A stretch of DNA of 64,000 nt from Lama guanicoe (lineage: Eukaryota): the NCBI GenBank assembly GCA_013239625.1, contig MU054391.1, forward strand, positions 5,229,824 through 5,293,823. The letters are read 5' to 3'. Position numbers and translations under genes: made by a program. Positions 36,751-50,453 of the stretch are shown piece by piece. The notes under the pieces were generated by a model. That model made no database searches. It was not told where the DNA came from and saw nothing but the letters and a program-made list of their open reading frames with translations. Each line of letters begins with the position of its first letter. The stretch's first letter is position 1.

Positions 36751-38527
36751 GGCCCACAGCTGGCAGGTGACCAATGTCACCCTTTCCAGACGAGGATGCT
36801 GACGAGCAGGGAGGCTAGGAATCCCCCAGGTCCTGTCGCTGGTCACAGCAGACCCAGGGCTGTCTCCCCCACGGGCAGGCGTTGGGCTCGGAGAGGGTTT
36901 AACTCCAGTCTTCCCAGCACCTGCTGCAGCCCCGTGACTTACCACCAGGGTCTGCAAGCAGGTGGAGGGCATGATCACTCATTTCTTTCTGTATCCTCAG
37001 CATTTTGCACGCTGCAGAATTCCTCCGCAATGTATGATGAATGAATGGAAGAGTTAAGAAGAGCCTGGACTGGACTGACTGAGCAGATCAAGGGAACCCC
37101 GTGAGCCTGAAAACCCGGGGTTGGGACATGAACTTCCCTCTCGCTGCAGGGAAGGTAATGTGAATGCATTCTGACGCCCGCCTTCGTTACAGGCAGAGGG
37201 ACCCCCCACAAGGGGGATGTCAGAGGTGACAGAAATGACCTCAAAGAGAAATGGCACCAACTGGGGACCCCTGAGGAAACTTGTGATGAACAAGCATTGG
37301 GATGATCACATGGGATAATGGCTAGAAGATGCTTTGAAGATGCTACAATCTATGCACACGAAAGGGATCACTGTTTCTGTGAATCATGGCGTCCTGGAGC
37401 AAGAGTTAGTGACCGTCTGGTTTGGGCTTTCCTGGGTTGCAGTGAGAAGATGAGAAAAACAAAGTCCTAGACAGAATCCCAGTGAGTGATACACATGTAA
37501 GACGATGGGTTTAGAAGGAGAAAAGTGGGAACAATGCCCTCCCCAGCCCAGCTGTGGTCTGTGCTCTGCCCCAGTGTTGAGGCCACAGGGAAGCGGCTCC
37601 CTTGGCCCCGCGGAACGTGGACCCACTTGACAGAAGACCCTCCAGTGAACTCCACAGGGGCAGGTTTGATGGGGGTTCTGCCCTCCTGGCTGAGTCCACA
37701 CTTGCTGCGAGCCACCGTCTTTCTTCTGAACGACAAAGCCCTCCCCAGCAGGCTTGCATCAGCTGAGTGCCTTCCCAGCCCTGCCCCAGCTTCCTCGCCC
37801 CGCAGTCCACCTCCGCCCAGCCCGTGGGGCCTGGCACCGGGGCGGGCACAGGCCCTGCGCCTGTAACTATAGACGGGAAACCAGAAGCTCCTCCCACGCC
37901 CCTGGCTGAGAGCTGCCCAGGGGCGGGGGCTGAAGTCAGGGCCCAGCAGAGCAGGCCTAACGACAAGCCATCCATCTGACTCCCTCCAGAGAGAAGGTGA
38001 AGTCAGCCCCTCTGGGCAGAACGTCAGCTCCTGCCCATGACATGCTCTGCCCTCAGGGGCCTCAGCCCAGCCTGCGGGGAGAAGTCACACTGCTCCCCAC
38101 AAGTGCTGCAGCCCTCAGAGAGGGGCTCAGCAGGGCCTCGCCGCCTGACTGCATCCTGCGATCAGGAGCTCGGGCGGCTTCCGATTCCCTGTCCCCCGGG
38201 ACGCTGCCGCCTCCCTCGTAAACAGCATTAGACTCCCTTGATCCACACAAACAGCAGTTCTGCTCTAGTCAAACAGCAGTCACTAACCAAAGGATGTCCC
38301 CTCTGCAGTGCACGGGGCTCACACCTGATGGTGGAGTTAGGAAGCACAGGCATGGCCCCTGATGTCAAGGAGTCGAGAACCTCAAGGGACGCTGGCAGCC
38401 AGAACGGGGATCCGCACACACGTGCTGGTCAAGGAGGGCTTCCTGGGGGAAGTGGTTCGTGAACTGGGCCTGGAGGGGCAGGTGGGCAGGAAGCGGAACA
38501 GGACACAGTGAGGTGCATCTCCCCTGC

Positions 38528-39067
38528 TGTGAGGGTTCATTATAGGTGTCAACTTGACCGGGCTAAGGGATGCCCAGGTAACTGGTAGGACATAATTTCT
38601 GGGTGCATCTGCAAGGATGTTTCTGGAAGAGATTAGCATGTGAACCAATTGTCTGAGTAAAGAAGATGGCCCTCACCAGGGTGGGTGGGCAGCGTCTAGT
38701 CTGTCAAAGGCCTGAATAGAACAAAGAGGCAGAGGAAGGGTGAATTCGCTCTCTCTGGCCCTCGGACATCAGTGCTCCTGGGCCTTCGGACTTCAGCTTG
38801 ACTTCCACCACCAGAAGGCCCAGGTTCTAGGGCTGGAGACTCAGCTGGACTCAGACGTGCATCTTCCGCTCTCCGGTCCTCAGGCCTTCAGCCTTGGACT
38901 GAGCTGCACCACTGGTGTCCCTGATTCCCCAGCCTCATAGAGCAGATGTCAGGACTTCTCAGCCTCCATAACTGTGTGAGCCACTTCCTGTAAAAAAATG
39001 TCCTATTATCTATCTGTCTGTCTGTCTGCCTATTCAACCTGTTGGTTCTCTGGAGAACCCTAGTACA
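38528..39067 (+). mobile_element. ERVL solo LTR (MLT2-family)
   Basis: tgtgagggttcattataggtgtcaacttgac...ggaagagattagcat...ttggttctctggagaaccctagtaca, matching MLT2 termini. Confidence 0.9.
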
Positions 39068-39094
39068 CTCCTACCCAGCGGCACAAATTAGGAA

Positions 39095-39960
39095 CTATGA
39101 TGCTACAAGGGCTGGAGAAGATGTGGACCCAGGGATTCTTTGGAAGACAGATGAACAGTCCCCAGTGGGACATTCACATATTCTGTGACCCAGCAACTCC
39201 ACTTCCAGGTACATTTGCAAGAAAATGCATGAACAAAAACGTTCGCAGCAGAACTGTTCGGATGCTCATCCAGGAAGACTGGATAAACAGGCTAAGACAT
39301 ATTCACAACACCGAGGATTGTACAGCAGTCAACACAAATGAACTACAGTGACACATAACAATAGAGGTGATGCTCAGCCACTTCACCATGAGTGAGAAAA
39401 GTAAGTCCTCAAAGATTACATGCAGCATGACAGCCTCTTCAGGTGAAGACAAGTCAAATTTAATAGATTTATTTTAGGAGCACATATGGAGCAGACAAAT
39501 GCCTACAGATGACATGAGATCATATAAAAAGGAAAATAAGAAAAGACGGCACCCAGGATACAGGACAGTGGTTGCTGTGGAGACAGGAAAGGAGGGGAAC
39601 AAGATAGGGTGAGTCATACAGCAGGGTGTGAGGGCCCTGGGTTTCAGGTTGGACAGTGGTTACACAGGTGTTTATTTCATTACCTTTATTTTTTAACGTA
39701 TTTTTATTTATTTTTTAAATCTTGTTGGGGGGGAGGTAATTAAGTTTATTTATTTATGTATTTTTTTAATGGAGGGACTGGGGATTGAACCCAGGACCTC
39801 ATGCATGCTAGGCATGCATTGAACCACTGAGCTATACCCTCCCCCTATTTCATTACTTTTAAATGTGATATATAACATAGGTGGGGAGATAGGCAGGTAG
39901 GCAGTAGGCCATGTATGAACCAGTAATAAACATACATCATGAGCCAAGAATTATGATTTT
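39095..39960 (+). mobile_element. Ancient L1ME 3' fragment hosting a SINE
   Basis: tgacccagcaactccacttccaggtaca...gactggataaac...aatgaactacag. Confidence 0.65.
39684..39845 (-). mobile_element. Full-length tRNA-derived SINE (camelid Vic-1 type)
   Basis: Reverse complement GGGGGAGGGTATAGCTCAGTGGT...GAGGTCCTGGGTTCAATCCCCAG contains Pol III A and B boxes and an A-rich tail; TSD tatttcattac at 39673-39683 and 39846-39856. Confidence 0.92.
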
Positions 39961-41629
39961 GTCAATTCTGCACACCCAAGGCCCACTGGGATTTTCTTTA
40001 AGTGGTAGAGAAGCCAAGGAAGGGGAAACGGCAGAAGCAAAAGGAACAAGTCCGGTGTGCCCTGGGGACAACAGGGAGCTGACTTGCTGATGCAAAGGGT
40101 GCCCTCGGAGTCAGCTGCACACGGGTTCCCACGCTTCCTCTGGTCCCCAGGTGAGCAGGTCAGGTGTAGGTGCTCAGAACCACTGGAGCCACCCTCAGAG
40201 CTCTGAGGGCCCAGACCCTGCCCTTGGCTTCCAGAACCAGCGTGTTCAACAGTTACAGCCCCCAGAGGAGAAAGAAGACTGAATGTGAGCAGGAGAGGCG
40301 GGTGGCCGCGGTCCCACCCACCACACGGGGCGTGAAAACGGGGATTTGCCTTTTGTCACAGGAATTTGCCCATCCTGACTGGCACCTCTGGGCTGACATG
40401 CCTCTCACCAGGACAGCGCAAGTATTCAGGACGGGAGCAGACCCACCAGGTCTTAGACTCCAGCAAGGTTCTAGAATGCGAGCCCAGTGGAGGAAGGTGG
40501 GGCCTAGGGCTCAGTCACTGGGCGTCGTTCTGTCAGAGCCCGAGTCCTCCTGGTCCACACCGCTGTCCTCCAGGGTCAGCCCTGCTCTCCCAGCCCAGGC
40601 CATGCTCCCTGGGCCCTGAGGTCTTGCTGTAACTACCCCCAGGGCCTGGCCCAGACCTCCAGGCTCCCCCACCCAGGCCTCTGGCAAGTTCTGCAGCCTG
40701 AGGGGCCCTCCTCAGACCACCCTGCCTCCCGGCAAGAGCCCCAAGAGGCCACACCCCCCTCCAGCCCCACCTCCTCCCCTCACTGCCCTCGGGGTGGGTC
40801 CCGGCTCAGCTGGCGGCCCTTGACCACTGGAGTCCCAGGCTCCACCGGCCTTTCCGTCCACCTTCAGTCTCTCTGGATGGACGCCTCCCCGTCTCTCAGC
40901 CTCCACGTGCTCAGGTCTTGACAAGCTGAGAATGAAACCTTCCCTTCACCCTCCTCAGTCATCAACTTCGGGAAACAGGTCTTCATTCTTCTGGCGTCTA
41001 TTTCTCATATATAAAGTGGAATTTCTATTTTGGATTTATTTATCGAGCAGGCATTTCTCATACTCATATTTCATGCCACATACGCGAGACACTTCCAACA
41101 CGTCAGAAAGCAGAACACAAAAAGCAGAAAAAAGAAAACAGAACTGCCTGTTCATTCCAGCAGGGGAGCAAAGATAAATTTCCAGCTCTTGAAAAATGGA
41201 GTCTGTCATTGGACTTGATGGGTTTGAGTAAGTCTTTGTACAACAAGATTTTACAAAATGTATGTTAAAAGGGAAACAACAGAGTGGAAGAATTATGTCA
41301 CCAATGTAACTGCAGAGAGCTTATTAACAAAATTATTAAAATTGATAGAATTGTATGATGCAAGCATCTAGACGTTCCTTCAAGAAGTGAGCAAAGACGT
41401 GTCCAGCTGGCTACTCAGGGCCCCCAGGAGCTGTGGTGTGGCCTGGGGAGAGCCTCAGATCGAAATGAGAGTCCACACATCCAAACCACCTAATGAGCCC
41501 GCATCTGTCCCTTCATGTGCAAAATGGATATAATTAGACCTACTTTGCAGGATTCACACGAGGACAAATTAGAGGGTCTGTCACTAGAGTGAGCATTCAA
41601 GAAATGGGATTATTATCATCAGAGGGTAA

Positions 41630-42780
41630 AAACGCACACCATTACTGGCAATTAAAGATACGAAAATTCCGACAATTTACAGGTAAAATGGCATAGCTAT
41701 TGAAGTAGTTAAAGATATCCAAATTCACAAAAAGGCTTGAACAAGAATATTCACAGCAGCTTTGTTCATAATTTCTAAATCCTGGAAAGAGCCCAGGTGT
41801 CCATCAGCGGATGAACAAGTTGTGGTATACTCATGCGATGGAGTATTTCCCGGCAATAAAAAGATGACTAACGGAGACACGCAAGAAGGGCGCTGAATCA
41901 CAAAGCCATCACGCTGAGTGAAAGCTTCACACAAAAGATTTCCTACTGGATGATTTCATTTACATGACATTCTGAAACGCTAGAAAAAAACTGATCTGTG
42001 GTAGAGAAAAATCAAAATAGTGATTGCTTTTGGAGGATGGGGTCAGAGATTGACTAGGGGAGGGCACGAGGGAATTTCCTGGAGTATAGGAACATTCTAT
42101 ATTGTGAGATCAATTTTCCTATACTTTTGCCAAAACTCAGCAAAGGTACACTTAAGATGTGTGCATTTCATTACATACAAAATGTATCTACTTCAAAAGG
42201 GAAAACTATAAACAAATATTGAACTGTAATTAGTGCTGGTGTACGTGACAGGAAGTGAACTGGTGTCTGCAATTGACCGAAATATTCAAAAAGTGAGATG
42301 GATTATTGGAAGGCTAAACTGGTGGACATGTGCTGAAGCAAATAAAGTGAAATATTAAGGGTAGAATACAGGTGGTGAGTGCTCATTAGAAAATTATTTC
42401 AATTTTTTCTGCATGTTTGAAATTTTTCATAATAAAATATTAGGACAAAAAAGAAGAATTATCATCTGTAGGACATTGCCAGAAGCTGAACTCAGGCTGC
42501 ATGGTAACCATGGAAATATTGTATTGATCTTTTCTGTGGACTGTAGCTCCACATCAGGTAATATATCCCAAAGAAATAACTGTGAAGTGGGGGAAAAATA
42601 TATATATATATAAAAAAGAAGGAAAGGGAGGTGGGAAAGGGAGGGGGGAGGGGGAAGAGAAAGTTGATTTTAGAACTATGCACAATAGTGAGATACTGGG
42701 AATACCACAATGCCTGATAGTCGGAGAACAGCAAGAGATATGAATGTCAATTTTTCTGGAACATAATAAATTATTAAAAT
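41630..42780 (+). mobile_element. Old LINE-1 3' fragments (L1MC/L1ME-like)
   Basis: aagaatattcacagcagctttgttcataat...gtacacttaagatgtgtgcatttc...gtttgaaatttttcataataaa. Confidence 0.75.
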
Positions 42781-42894
42781 GACAGTTATTGGTCAAATGT
42801 ACTACTTCCACATCTGAACCCTATTTGTGAAAAGTCAGTAAGCAAAGCAGTAGGATCCAAGTGCATATGTTTGCACTGATTAGTTCTGTACAAG

Positions 42895-43070
42895 GGGATT
42901 CATTCCTTTCCAACAAACGTTTATTAAGCTCTTTCCTGCACCAGGCCCTGGGAACCAGCAGTGAAAAAGCTTCAGTGCCAGCCCTGTGAATCCCACTGTC
43001 TCGTGAGGGGGACACAGACTTGGAAGTATAACGACAAAGCAGTGAGAACATTACTGTCATAGAGACGTGA
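42895..43070 (-). mobile_element. L2 3' end
   Basis: attcattcctttccaacaaacgtttattaagc...ccaggccctggg. Confidence 0.7.
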
Positions 43071-45317
43071 CGAGGGCGTTACCCATGTTTGTCAATGACA
43101 TTTTTGGAAAACACTTGAATGATATGAATTGGGTTCAGTTTTCTTTTTCCTCTCTGTGCTGCTCAAGGTCATAGCTTTGCTCCGGTTTTAAGAGGGGAGC
43201 CTCTTACTTTCCTTCTGGAGTTCTGAGCATTCGTGAACGAGAACTTGCTTCTGAATCCCCATTGCGTGACCAGAGCACTTCCCATGGGTGCCACGTGGCA
43301 GCTGTGGCCATATTACTTCTGCCTGGAAAAGGGCAGAAAGTTCCCAGCGTGTTTCCATCCTCCTTAGAGACACCTGGTTAGCATTCTGACCGGGTAATTG
43401 TGCCTTGGTGTTTATCAAGGACACGCAGCTTATCACATCATGTATCTGACTGCTTTCAAACCACCTACCTGATGCGAATTCCTCATATTTTTCACACATT
43501 TGCCCTGATCAAACCACTTTCACTGCATTTTCCCATTCCATCCCTGCAGTGACAGGTAGAGCAGATTTACTAACTTCATCTCATGTTTGAAAAGACAAAG
43601 TTCACGTTAAGTAACAGCAAGAGCCTAAAATCTAGGAATTCTGATTCCAGATTCAGACTGCGTCTATTACACAAACATCCGAGTACACAAATGTATCTAC
43701 AGACACTCTCCGTTCCTCCCTCTTTTCTTCTTAATTGAAGTGGAAAAATGTTAATAACTGCTGAAGTGGGGTGATAAGATGTCCATTATACGGTTCTCCC
43801 TACCTGTGTGTGTATTTGACATTTCCTTAATAAAAACTACAAGCACACGAAGTGATGAAGTTGTCTGCCCTCTGCTCAGGTCCTCTGACGCTGAAAGCAT
43901 CTCACCCTTCTGGTTCTGACAGAAAGCCACCGTGTGAGGAAAGTGTAGATGTGGTGATTGAGACTGAAGCCAGGCAGGCCAGCCCACGCAAGCTGTCCCA
44001 TTTCCCAGGCTGTGCCCCTGCCCACTGAGGAATGAGGGCAGATGGGTTCGTGGGCAGGGGAGGATTCTTCTAGAATGTCAGGGCTGGCGGGGGGTCCTAA
44101 AAACCACTGAATTCAACTTACTTGGGAAAGGAATCCACAAATCAAAGGTTGAGTGACTTTCCTAAGTTCACACAGCCAAGCAGCAGTGACACCGCCACTA
44201 AAACTGATGTCTGGGGTCCCCTGAGCCAGCTCTCCCCACCTGTGCCCCCACCTCTAAGTCGCTGATCTATTTGTGAAATATCCAGGTCTTAAACATCTTT
44301 CAAGTACTTTATCTGTACCCATCAGAGAGGTAGGCCCAGAAAATGGACTGGTGTGCACTGGTTAGGCGGATAAATATTTGTTAAAGAATTGAATGTAGCT
44401 CAGACATGCAGTAAAACTAGCAAAAATTCATCAGGGTAAAATTCAGGGCCCCTGGGGAATCCACGTCTACGGAGAAGCAGAGAAGGGGCATCCGTGGGAA
44501 AAACGCCTCTGCCTGAGAAGCAGATGAAGGCTCCTCATCCTCCGCCTCCTGCCCACAGGTCGGACGAGACTGGGGCAGAGGACAGGTGTGTTTTCACAGC
44601 TCACTCGGCACTGTTCTGCCTGCCACACAGTAACCGCTTATTGGCTGCCTGCTCTCCCTGGGCACTGAGTGTTCGTCATCTGATGCTCAGCAGTCCTACA
44701 AAGTCAGGCTCCTCCTCTTCGACAAAGAGAATGAGGCTCGGAGGCTGTGCACCTAGCAGGTGACCATTCCTGGGCTGGACCCAAGTCTGTCTGTCATTTC
44801 GCAGTCAATCCTCTTTCCACTCTGCCAAGCTGTGTCTGAAGAATCTGAATGATCTGGGCCAAATTAGGATCACTCCTAGAGGAGCCAGAGACGTCTGTCA
44901 TCCTGAAATAAGAGGTGGGCAGGGAAAGACAGAACGGTGCCTCTTCTCAGCTCCTGGGAAAGGGCTCTGGCAGAAACTCTGCACTTTGCAGACTCAGCGG
45001 AGCTTCCAGGATCCTGCACAAACGGGGCCATGGGCAGTAGGAAGGCGATCCCCGCCGCTCACTCATTAATGCCACGTTCAGTCTCGAAATCAGACTCTTG
45101 TCCGTTTGACGTCGGAGCTCAAATTGCCTCAAACCCATCTCACCTGCATCTTTTTCCAGCCCAGCAAAGAGGAGCCGGAAGAGGAGGGAGAAAGGGGTCG
45201 ATGAGCTATCTCCCCTCTCCTCCAACAATATCCTGTGTTGAGTGCCTCTCCAGCCCCCCTCTAGCCTGTTTTCTGATTAGCACCCCCTCCCCACCCTCGC
45301 CCCAGCCCCCCACACAC

Positions 45318-45320
<3 letters not shown>

Positions 45321-45364
<44 letters not shown>
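45321..45364. repeat. (AC)22 microsatellite
   Basis: Perfect AC run, directly visible. Confidence 0.97.
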
Positions 45365-45366
<2 letters not shown>

Positions 45367-45484
45367 TGCTCTTCCCAGATCTGTTTTACAGACAAGAAAC
45401 CTGAGCCCAAGCAGATGCACAGTTCACTCAGTGTCATCCATGAGAAACCACATTTGGCTCCCAGAAAAGAATCACACAAAAATA

Positions 45485-46008
45485 GAGGATAAATGAAAAC
45501 ACATGTCCACACAAAAATCTGTGTGTGATGTTCAGATAACGTTATCCACATTAGCCCCAAAGCAGAAACAATCCAAGTGTCCGATGAATGGATAAACAAA
45601 ATGCAGTCTCTCCATAACATGGAGAGGAAAATGGGATATTTTTCAGCCTTAAAAAGAAATGAAGGACTGACACGTGCCACAAACATGGATGAGCCTGAAA
45701 AACGTGATGCCCAGTGACAGAAGCCAGATGCAGAGGCCACATACGGAATGATCCCATTTACATGAAATGTCCAGAACAGGCAAATCCATAGAGACAGAAA
45801 GTAGATTAGTGGTTGCCCAGTGAGGGGCTGGGCTGTTACTACAAAAGGGTGTGGGCTTTTTTAGGGGGTGAGGAAAATGTCCTGAAATTAACTGTGTAGT
45901 GGTTATGCAATTATCTGAATGTAGTAAAAAAAAACTATTTAATTATACGATTTAAATGGTTCAATTGAACAGTATGTGACTTATATCACAATAAAGCCAA
46001 TTAAAAAC
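45485..46008 (+). mobile_element. L1MB-like 3' end
   Basis: aaatgaaaacacatgtccacacaaaaatc...ggcaaatccatagagacagaaagtagattagtgg...caataaagc. Confidence 0.88.
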
Positions 46009-47845
46009 AAATGCTTAAGTTCCCTAGACTTCTCAGGAGACTGCACCCCTACCTGTGGCTTACTTTCAGAAACCTCGAGAAACATGGGAGGTAAAATACA
46101 CGAAACTGGCTATCTTTAGATGCTCTTGCAGAAGGACCCATAATAAACGCCCCCAGAGGGCCCAGCTCAGGGAAGACACTGAACACGGGCGAGCAGAAGT
46201 GCCCAGCACAGGTGACAGGGCCTGAGACAGGAGTACCAGAGAGACCTGGGCCCCAGGCTGACTCTGTCCCCTCCCAGATGCAAAATACCAGCAGGTCCCT
46301 TAAGTCAGAGCATCGTCTGTAAAATGGAGAAAAAAGGAATGGGGTTGGTATGAATTAAATTAACTCCTGCACATAGTGTGTGTTCAAAGACATGGCTGCT
46401 GCTATGAGCAAGTATTGTCCCATCCAGGTGGTCCAAACCTGGCTGACAAGGGGAAAGCATCCTGTATTCATTTCAGCATCCTAGCTTCTATGGGGAAGAT
46501 TTTTGAGGGTCCGCCCCCAGAGTGAGCAGGGTCTGTCATCCTCTCCTATGAAACTCAGAGCAGCAGAGTCCCGTGGGCAGATCTGCACAAGACCCAAGAC
46601 AGCACGTTACGATGACACATCACACCCAACCCATTGTCTGCGTGTCTTTGCCTAAGACCTTTCCCCGCATCCTCTCCTGTCTTCATTATCCCGAGTGCAC
46701 TCGCGCTGTACTAAATGCAAGGTGCTAGGCTGGATTCCACACAGGGTATAAAAGGGAGAAACTGAATCTCTGCACTCAAGGAGCTCACAGCAATTCCGCA
46801 GGGGTAAGGCAGGGCTGTTGTTTTATGTCCATTTTACAGATGAAGAAACCAAGGCCAAGAGAGGCTAGAGGACCTACCCAAGGTCTCAGAGTGATTTCAG
46901 GTGCTGGCAAGGCTGAGCATAAAGTGCTGAATGCCAGTCTCAGGTTTCTGCCACCAGTTCTGGGCTCTCTCTGTCAGATTCCTGCACAGAGGTTTACACC
47001 TGGCACCATTTGCCTCACAAATGACCAAGCACTCAGGACCCTCATTGGAACCCACTACATAATTTGCAGGGAGCAATACAAGGTGAAAATGTAGGACCCT
47101 TTGTTCAAAAATCATTAAGGGTTTCAAGATGGCAACAGCAGAGTGTACACGGCTCTCGGGGCTCTTCTAAGCACAGGTCACACCCCCCTGAAGCCAGCCA
47201 GCCCTGCCCCGTCTCTGTCACACAAATGCCTGGGTACACTCAGCAGACGGATCTCAGAGACTCTGCTGTCCTGCTTCAACAAGAAGGGAAATCTGCTGGG
47301 CTGTGAGCTCTCTCCAACCCCAGCACCCAGCCACCTGCCCTGTGGGTGTGTCTCTTGGACGAGCTGACCCAGCATCCTTCAGCATTTCCAACTTTGCAGA
47401 TCTGTAATCTTTTGGCTGACACCGCAGCCACTTTCTTTGCCTGAGAAATCCAGTCTCCCTTGCCAAGGTTCAAGGGCAGTAACACACGGATCCATTAACA
47501 CTCCCCTAACCCCAGGCACAGAGAAGAGGAAATATCTCTTCAAAGATGAAGTGCTCTTTGGCAGGGGTGTCAGAGCTCTGTTTGTCTAATGGAACTGTTT
47601 TCTCTCCCCATTTGCAATGCCTGCAGCTGTCTTGCAGGAAATAAGGCAGTGCACCCCAAACTAGCTCATCTGTCCTTCCAGCCACCGTTCAAGTCTTATT
47701 TTTTTGAATAACAGGTACACAGGAATGCAAACAAGCCAGAAGCTATTTGAATGTCAAGAATCAGAAAGATAATTTGATATTAATTGGGCATCAGAGACAG
47801 ACCAAAGTGAATTAGCTATGAGACTTCATCAGGTCGTAGTTCCTC

Positions 47846-48312
47846 TGTTGCGGGTTGAACTGTGTCCCCTAAAAACGGTACGTTGAAGTCCTAATGCCCG
47901 CTACCTCAGACTGTCATTCGGAAATAGAGTTGTCACAGAGGCGTAAGATGAGGTCGTACTGAAATAGGGTAAACCTTAATCCGATATGACTATATGGGTT
48001 TTTATTATGTTTTTTGTAACTTTATTTTTTTATATGTCCCTATAAAAAGAGGAGAGGAGACAGACATGCACAGAGGGAAGGCAGAGTTTGGAGAGATGTG
48101 TCTGCAAACCACAGAACACTAAGGGTTGCCAAAAACCGCCGAAGCCAGGAGAACGCCTGGGGCAGATGTTCCCTCACAGCGTCAGGAGAAACCAGCCCTG
48201 CCAACACATTGCTCTCAGCCTTCCAGCCCCCAGAGCTGGGAGACAAGACACTTCTGATGTTTGCAGCCACCCAGCTTGTGATACTTTGTTACAGAAGCTG
48301 AGCAAAGCGATA
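47846..48312 (+). mobile_element. MaLR solo LTR (MLT1C-like)
   Basis: tgttgcgggttgaactgtgtcccc...gttgaagtcctaa...gtgatactttgttacag. Confidence 0.85.
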
Positions 48313-48699
48313 CTCCCCTTTATCTGAAACATAACTTGGGTCTCAGCCAGGGTGGTCCTGAGGTCCCTTCCACCCCAACTCTCCTGTTATGCCAACCTTG
48401 ATCTCATCCTCACCATCACCCCAGAAACAGAACCTCTCCCTCACGTCAAACCCCCCTGTTTCTTCATTCAGGGAGATTTCTAGACCCTGGAAACCTGGGA
48501 CAATTTTCTCTGAAAGTTCTCTTTTTTGACAGTAGCCCTCTTAAATATCTCTTTAGCCATTCCGCAAAATTCCATCCAATGCTGACTCTATGTCAGGTCC
48601 TCTACCAGGAAGTGAACAAACACACACTGGGCTCTTGGCCTCTGAGAAAGGTTGAACACAGGTGGGAGGTTGACTTTGAACAAGCAATCTCACCACAGT

Positions 48700-49543
48700 A
48701 GCCATACACCAGGATGGCCATGATGGTTCTCACATGCTGATAGTCACACCTTGCTGTAACTCCCTCCCTCGTGGAAATAAAGCTGGTCCATTAACAGATG
48801 ATGGATAAACAAAATGTGGTCTATCCACACCATGGACTGTTAGCCATAAAAAGGATGAGATTCTGACACAGGCTACAGTATGGATGGACCTTTGACATAG
48901 TATGCAAAGTGAAATAAGCCAGACACAAAAGGACAAGTACTGTATGATTCCACTTATATGAAGTACCTGAATAGGCAAAATTCACAGGGACAGAACGTAT
49001 TAGAGGTCACCAGGGGCTGGCGTAGGGGACTTGGGAGTTATTGCTTAATGGTACAGAGTTTCTGCATGGAGTTTTGGAAAAGCTATGGAAATAAATGGTG
49101 GTGATGGTTGCAAAACACTGTGCATATAATTAATGCCACTGGATTGCACATCTGTAGAGGGTTAAAATGGTGTGGTTTATGTCATATAAATTTTACCCCA
49201 TTAAAAAAAATAGGACCAATAGAAAGAGGCAGAAGTGCCAGTGTGTGACCTCCAAGCCAAGATCATAAAGCTCGGTGGCTCTGGACCCACTTGCTCTAGG
49301 GGACCCCGCTGCCAGCCTCCAGGAGAGCCCTGCAGTGAGGACCAGCTCAAAGAAAACTGAGGCGTCCTACCAACTGCCAGAACCAACTCGCCCCCTAAGA
49401 AAGGATCCTCCAGGCTCAGTGATGCCTTCAAATTGACAACGTCCCTGAAGGACATCTGACCATGGCCTTCTGAGAGGCTAGAACCACCCAGCTCAGCCTC
49501 TCCTGCTACCTGACCTGCAGGCACCATGAGACCAAACTTGAGG
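48700..49543 (+). mobile_element. MaLR LTR (MLT1F/G-like) split by an L1MB fragment
   Basis: 5' part ~48700-48775; resumes gaccaatagaaagaggcagaagtg at ~49215; ends atttgttacatagcattagatagctaataca. Confidence 0.7.
48785..49210 (+). mobile_element. L1MB-like 3' end nested in the MLT1 LTR
   Basis: gtccattaacagatgatggataaacaaaatgtgg...gccagacacaaaaggacaagtactgtatg, with A tail. Confidence 0.85.
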
Positions 49544-49849
49544 CTGTCCTTCTTTCAAGCCAGGTTTGAGGTCATTTGTTACATAGCATTAGATAGCTAA
49601 TACACTCATCACTTCATGCACAACCATCTGGGTTATTTTCTTCTTATCTGCCTCCCAGGGATATAAAGTTGTCAGAGGATAGGCTATGAGATTCTAGATT
49701 TTTAAAAAATTGAATGCATGGCACACTGAGCAGAAGGAAGAGTTTAGGTGTTTTGTTGGAGGGTTGGGGGTGAATTCTCATTAGGCACGTGGAAAACAGA
49801 GGAAACAAACAATCAAACGAAACTTACTGCCATTACTTCAGGAAAACAC

Positions 49850-50250
49850 TTAACCTTGTACAAGAAGGGAAGTTCAGCTATGTAGAATATTTACCTGATC
49901 ATAATAATACAGTGATTTATCCAAAAATTAAATTTATTGGGAAGGTGGGGAGGAGGGAATGAAAGCAGGTGCATAGAGAAACTAAATTCTGATCTTTGTT
50001 AGTAGGAAGGCAAATAATTTCTAAAATGGAAAAAAAAAAAGTCGATAGAAAATACCAAAAAAAAAATCCAAAAACGTTATTTGGAAATACGGGGGGGGGG
50101 GGAGTCCAGTACAGTTAGAAGAGTTTTAAGTGCTTGCCTCTGAGGTGTGGAACTCAGGCAGGATGGGTAAGGTGAGGGGTGGCTATTTTTGTTAGAATTG
50201 CTATAGCTTTTGACTTTTAAAACTATGTGCATGAAATCCTCCAATAAAAC
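49850..50250 (+). mobile_element. Old L1MC/L1ME 3' fragment
   Basis: gctatgtagaatatttacctgatcataat...gacttttaaaactatgtgcatg. Confidence 0.5.
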
Positions 50251-50453
50251 AAAGTGGGGAAAGGCTTCATTTCACAACTGTTAAATTAGCAAATATTTAA
50301 ACACAATTACCATGAAATTGTGGTGGAACTAGAAGACTTAAAAAGTCTTGCTCACTACGTAAAGTTGTACAAAGCTTGTGGTTTCAGTTACCAAACATTT
50401 CAAGAATCACTAAAATGTTCATACCTTTTTGACCCAATTTTGTCACTACAGAA

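Noticed and set aside
39760..39845. tRNA genes at 39.8, 59.3 and 62.1 kb
   Set aside because: The tRNA-like heads are followed by a SINE body and A-rich tail and are flanked by TSDs, so they are SINEs.
46744..46758. Strong TATA box (gggtataaaaggg)
   Set aside because: It lies within L2/MIR-like repeat sequence with no other promoter context.
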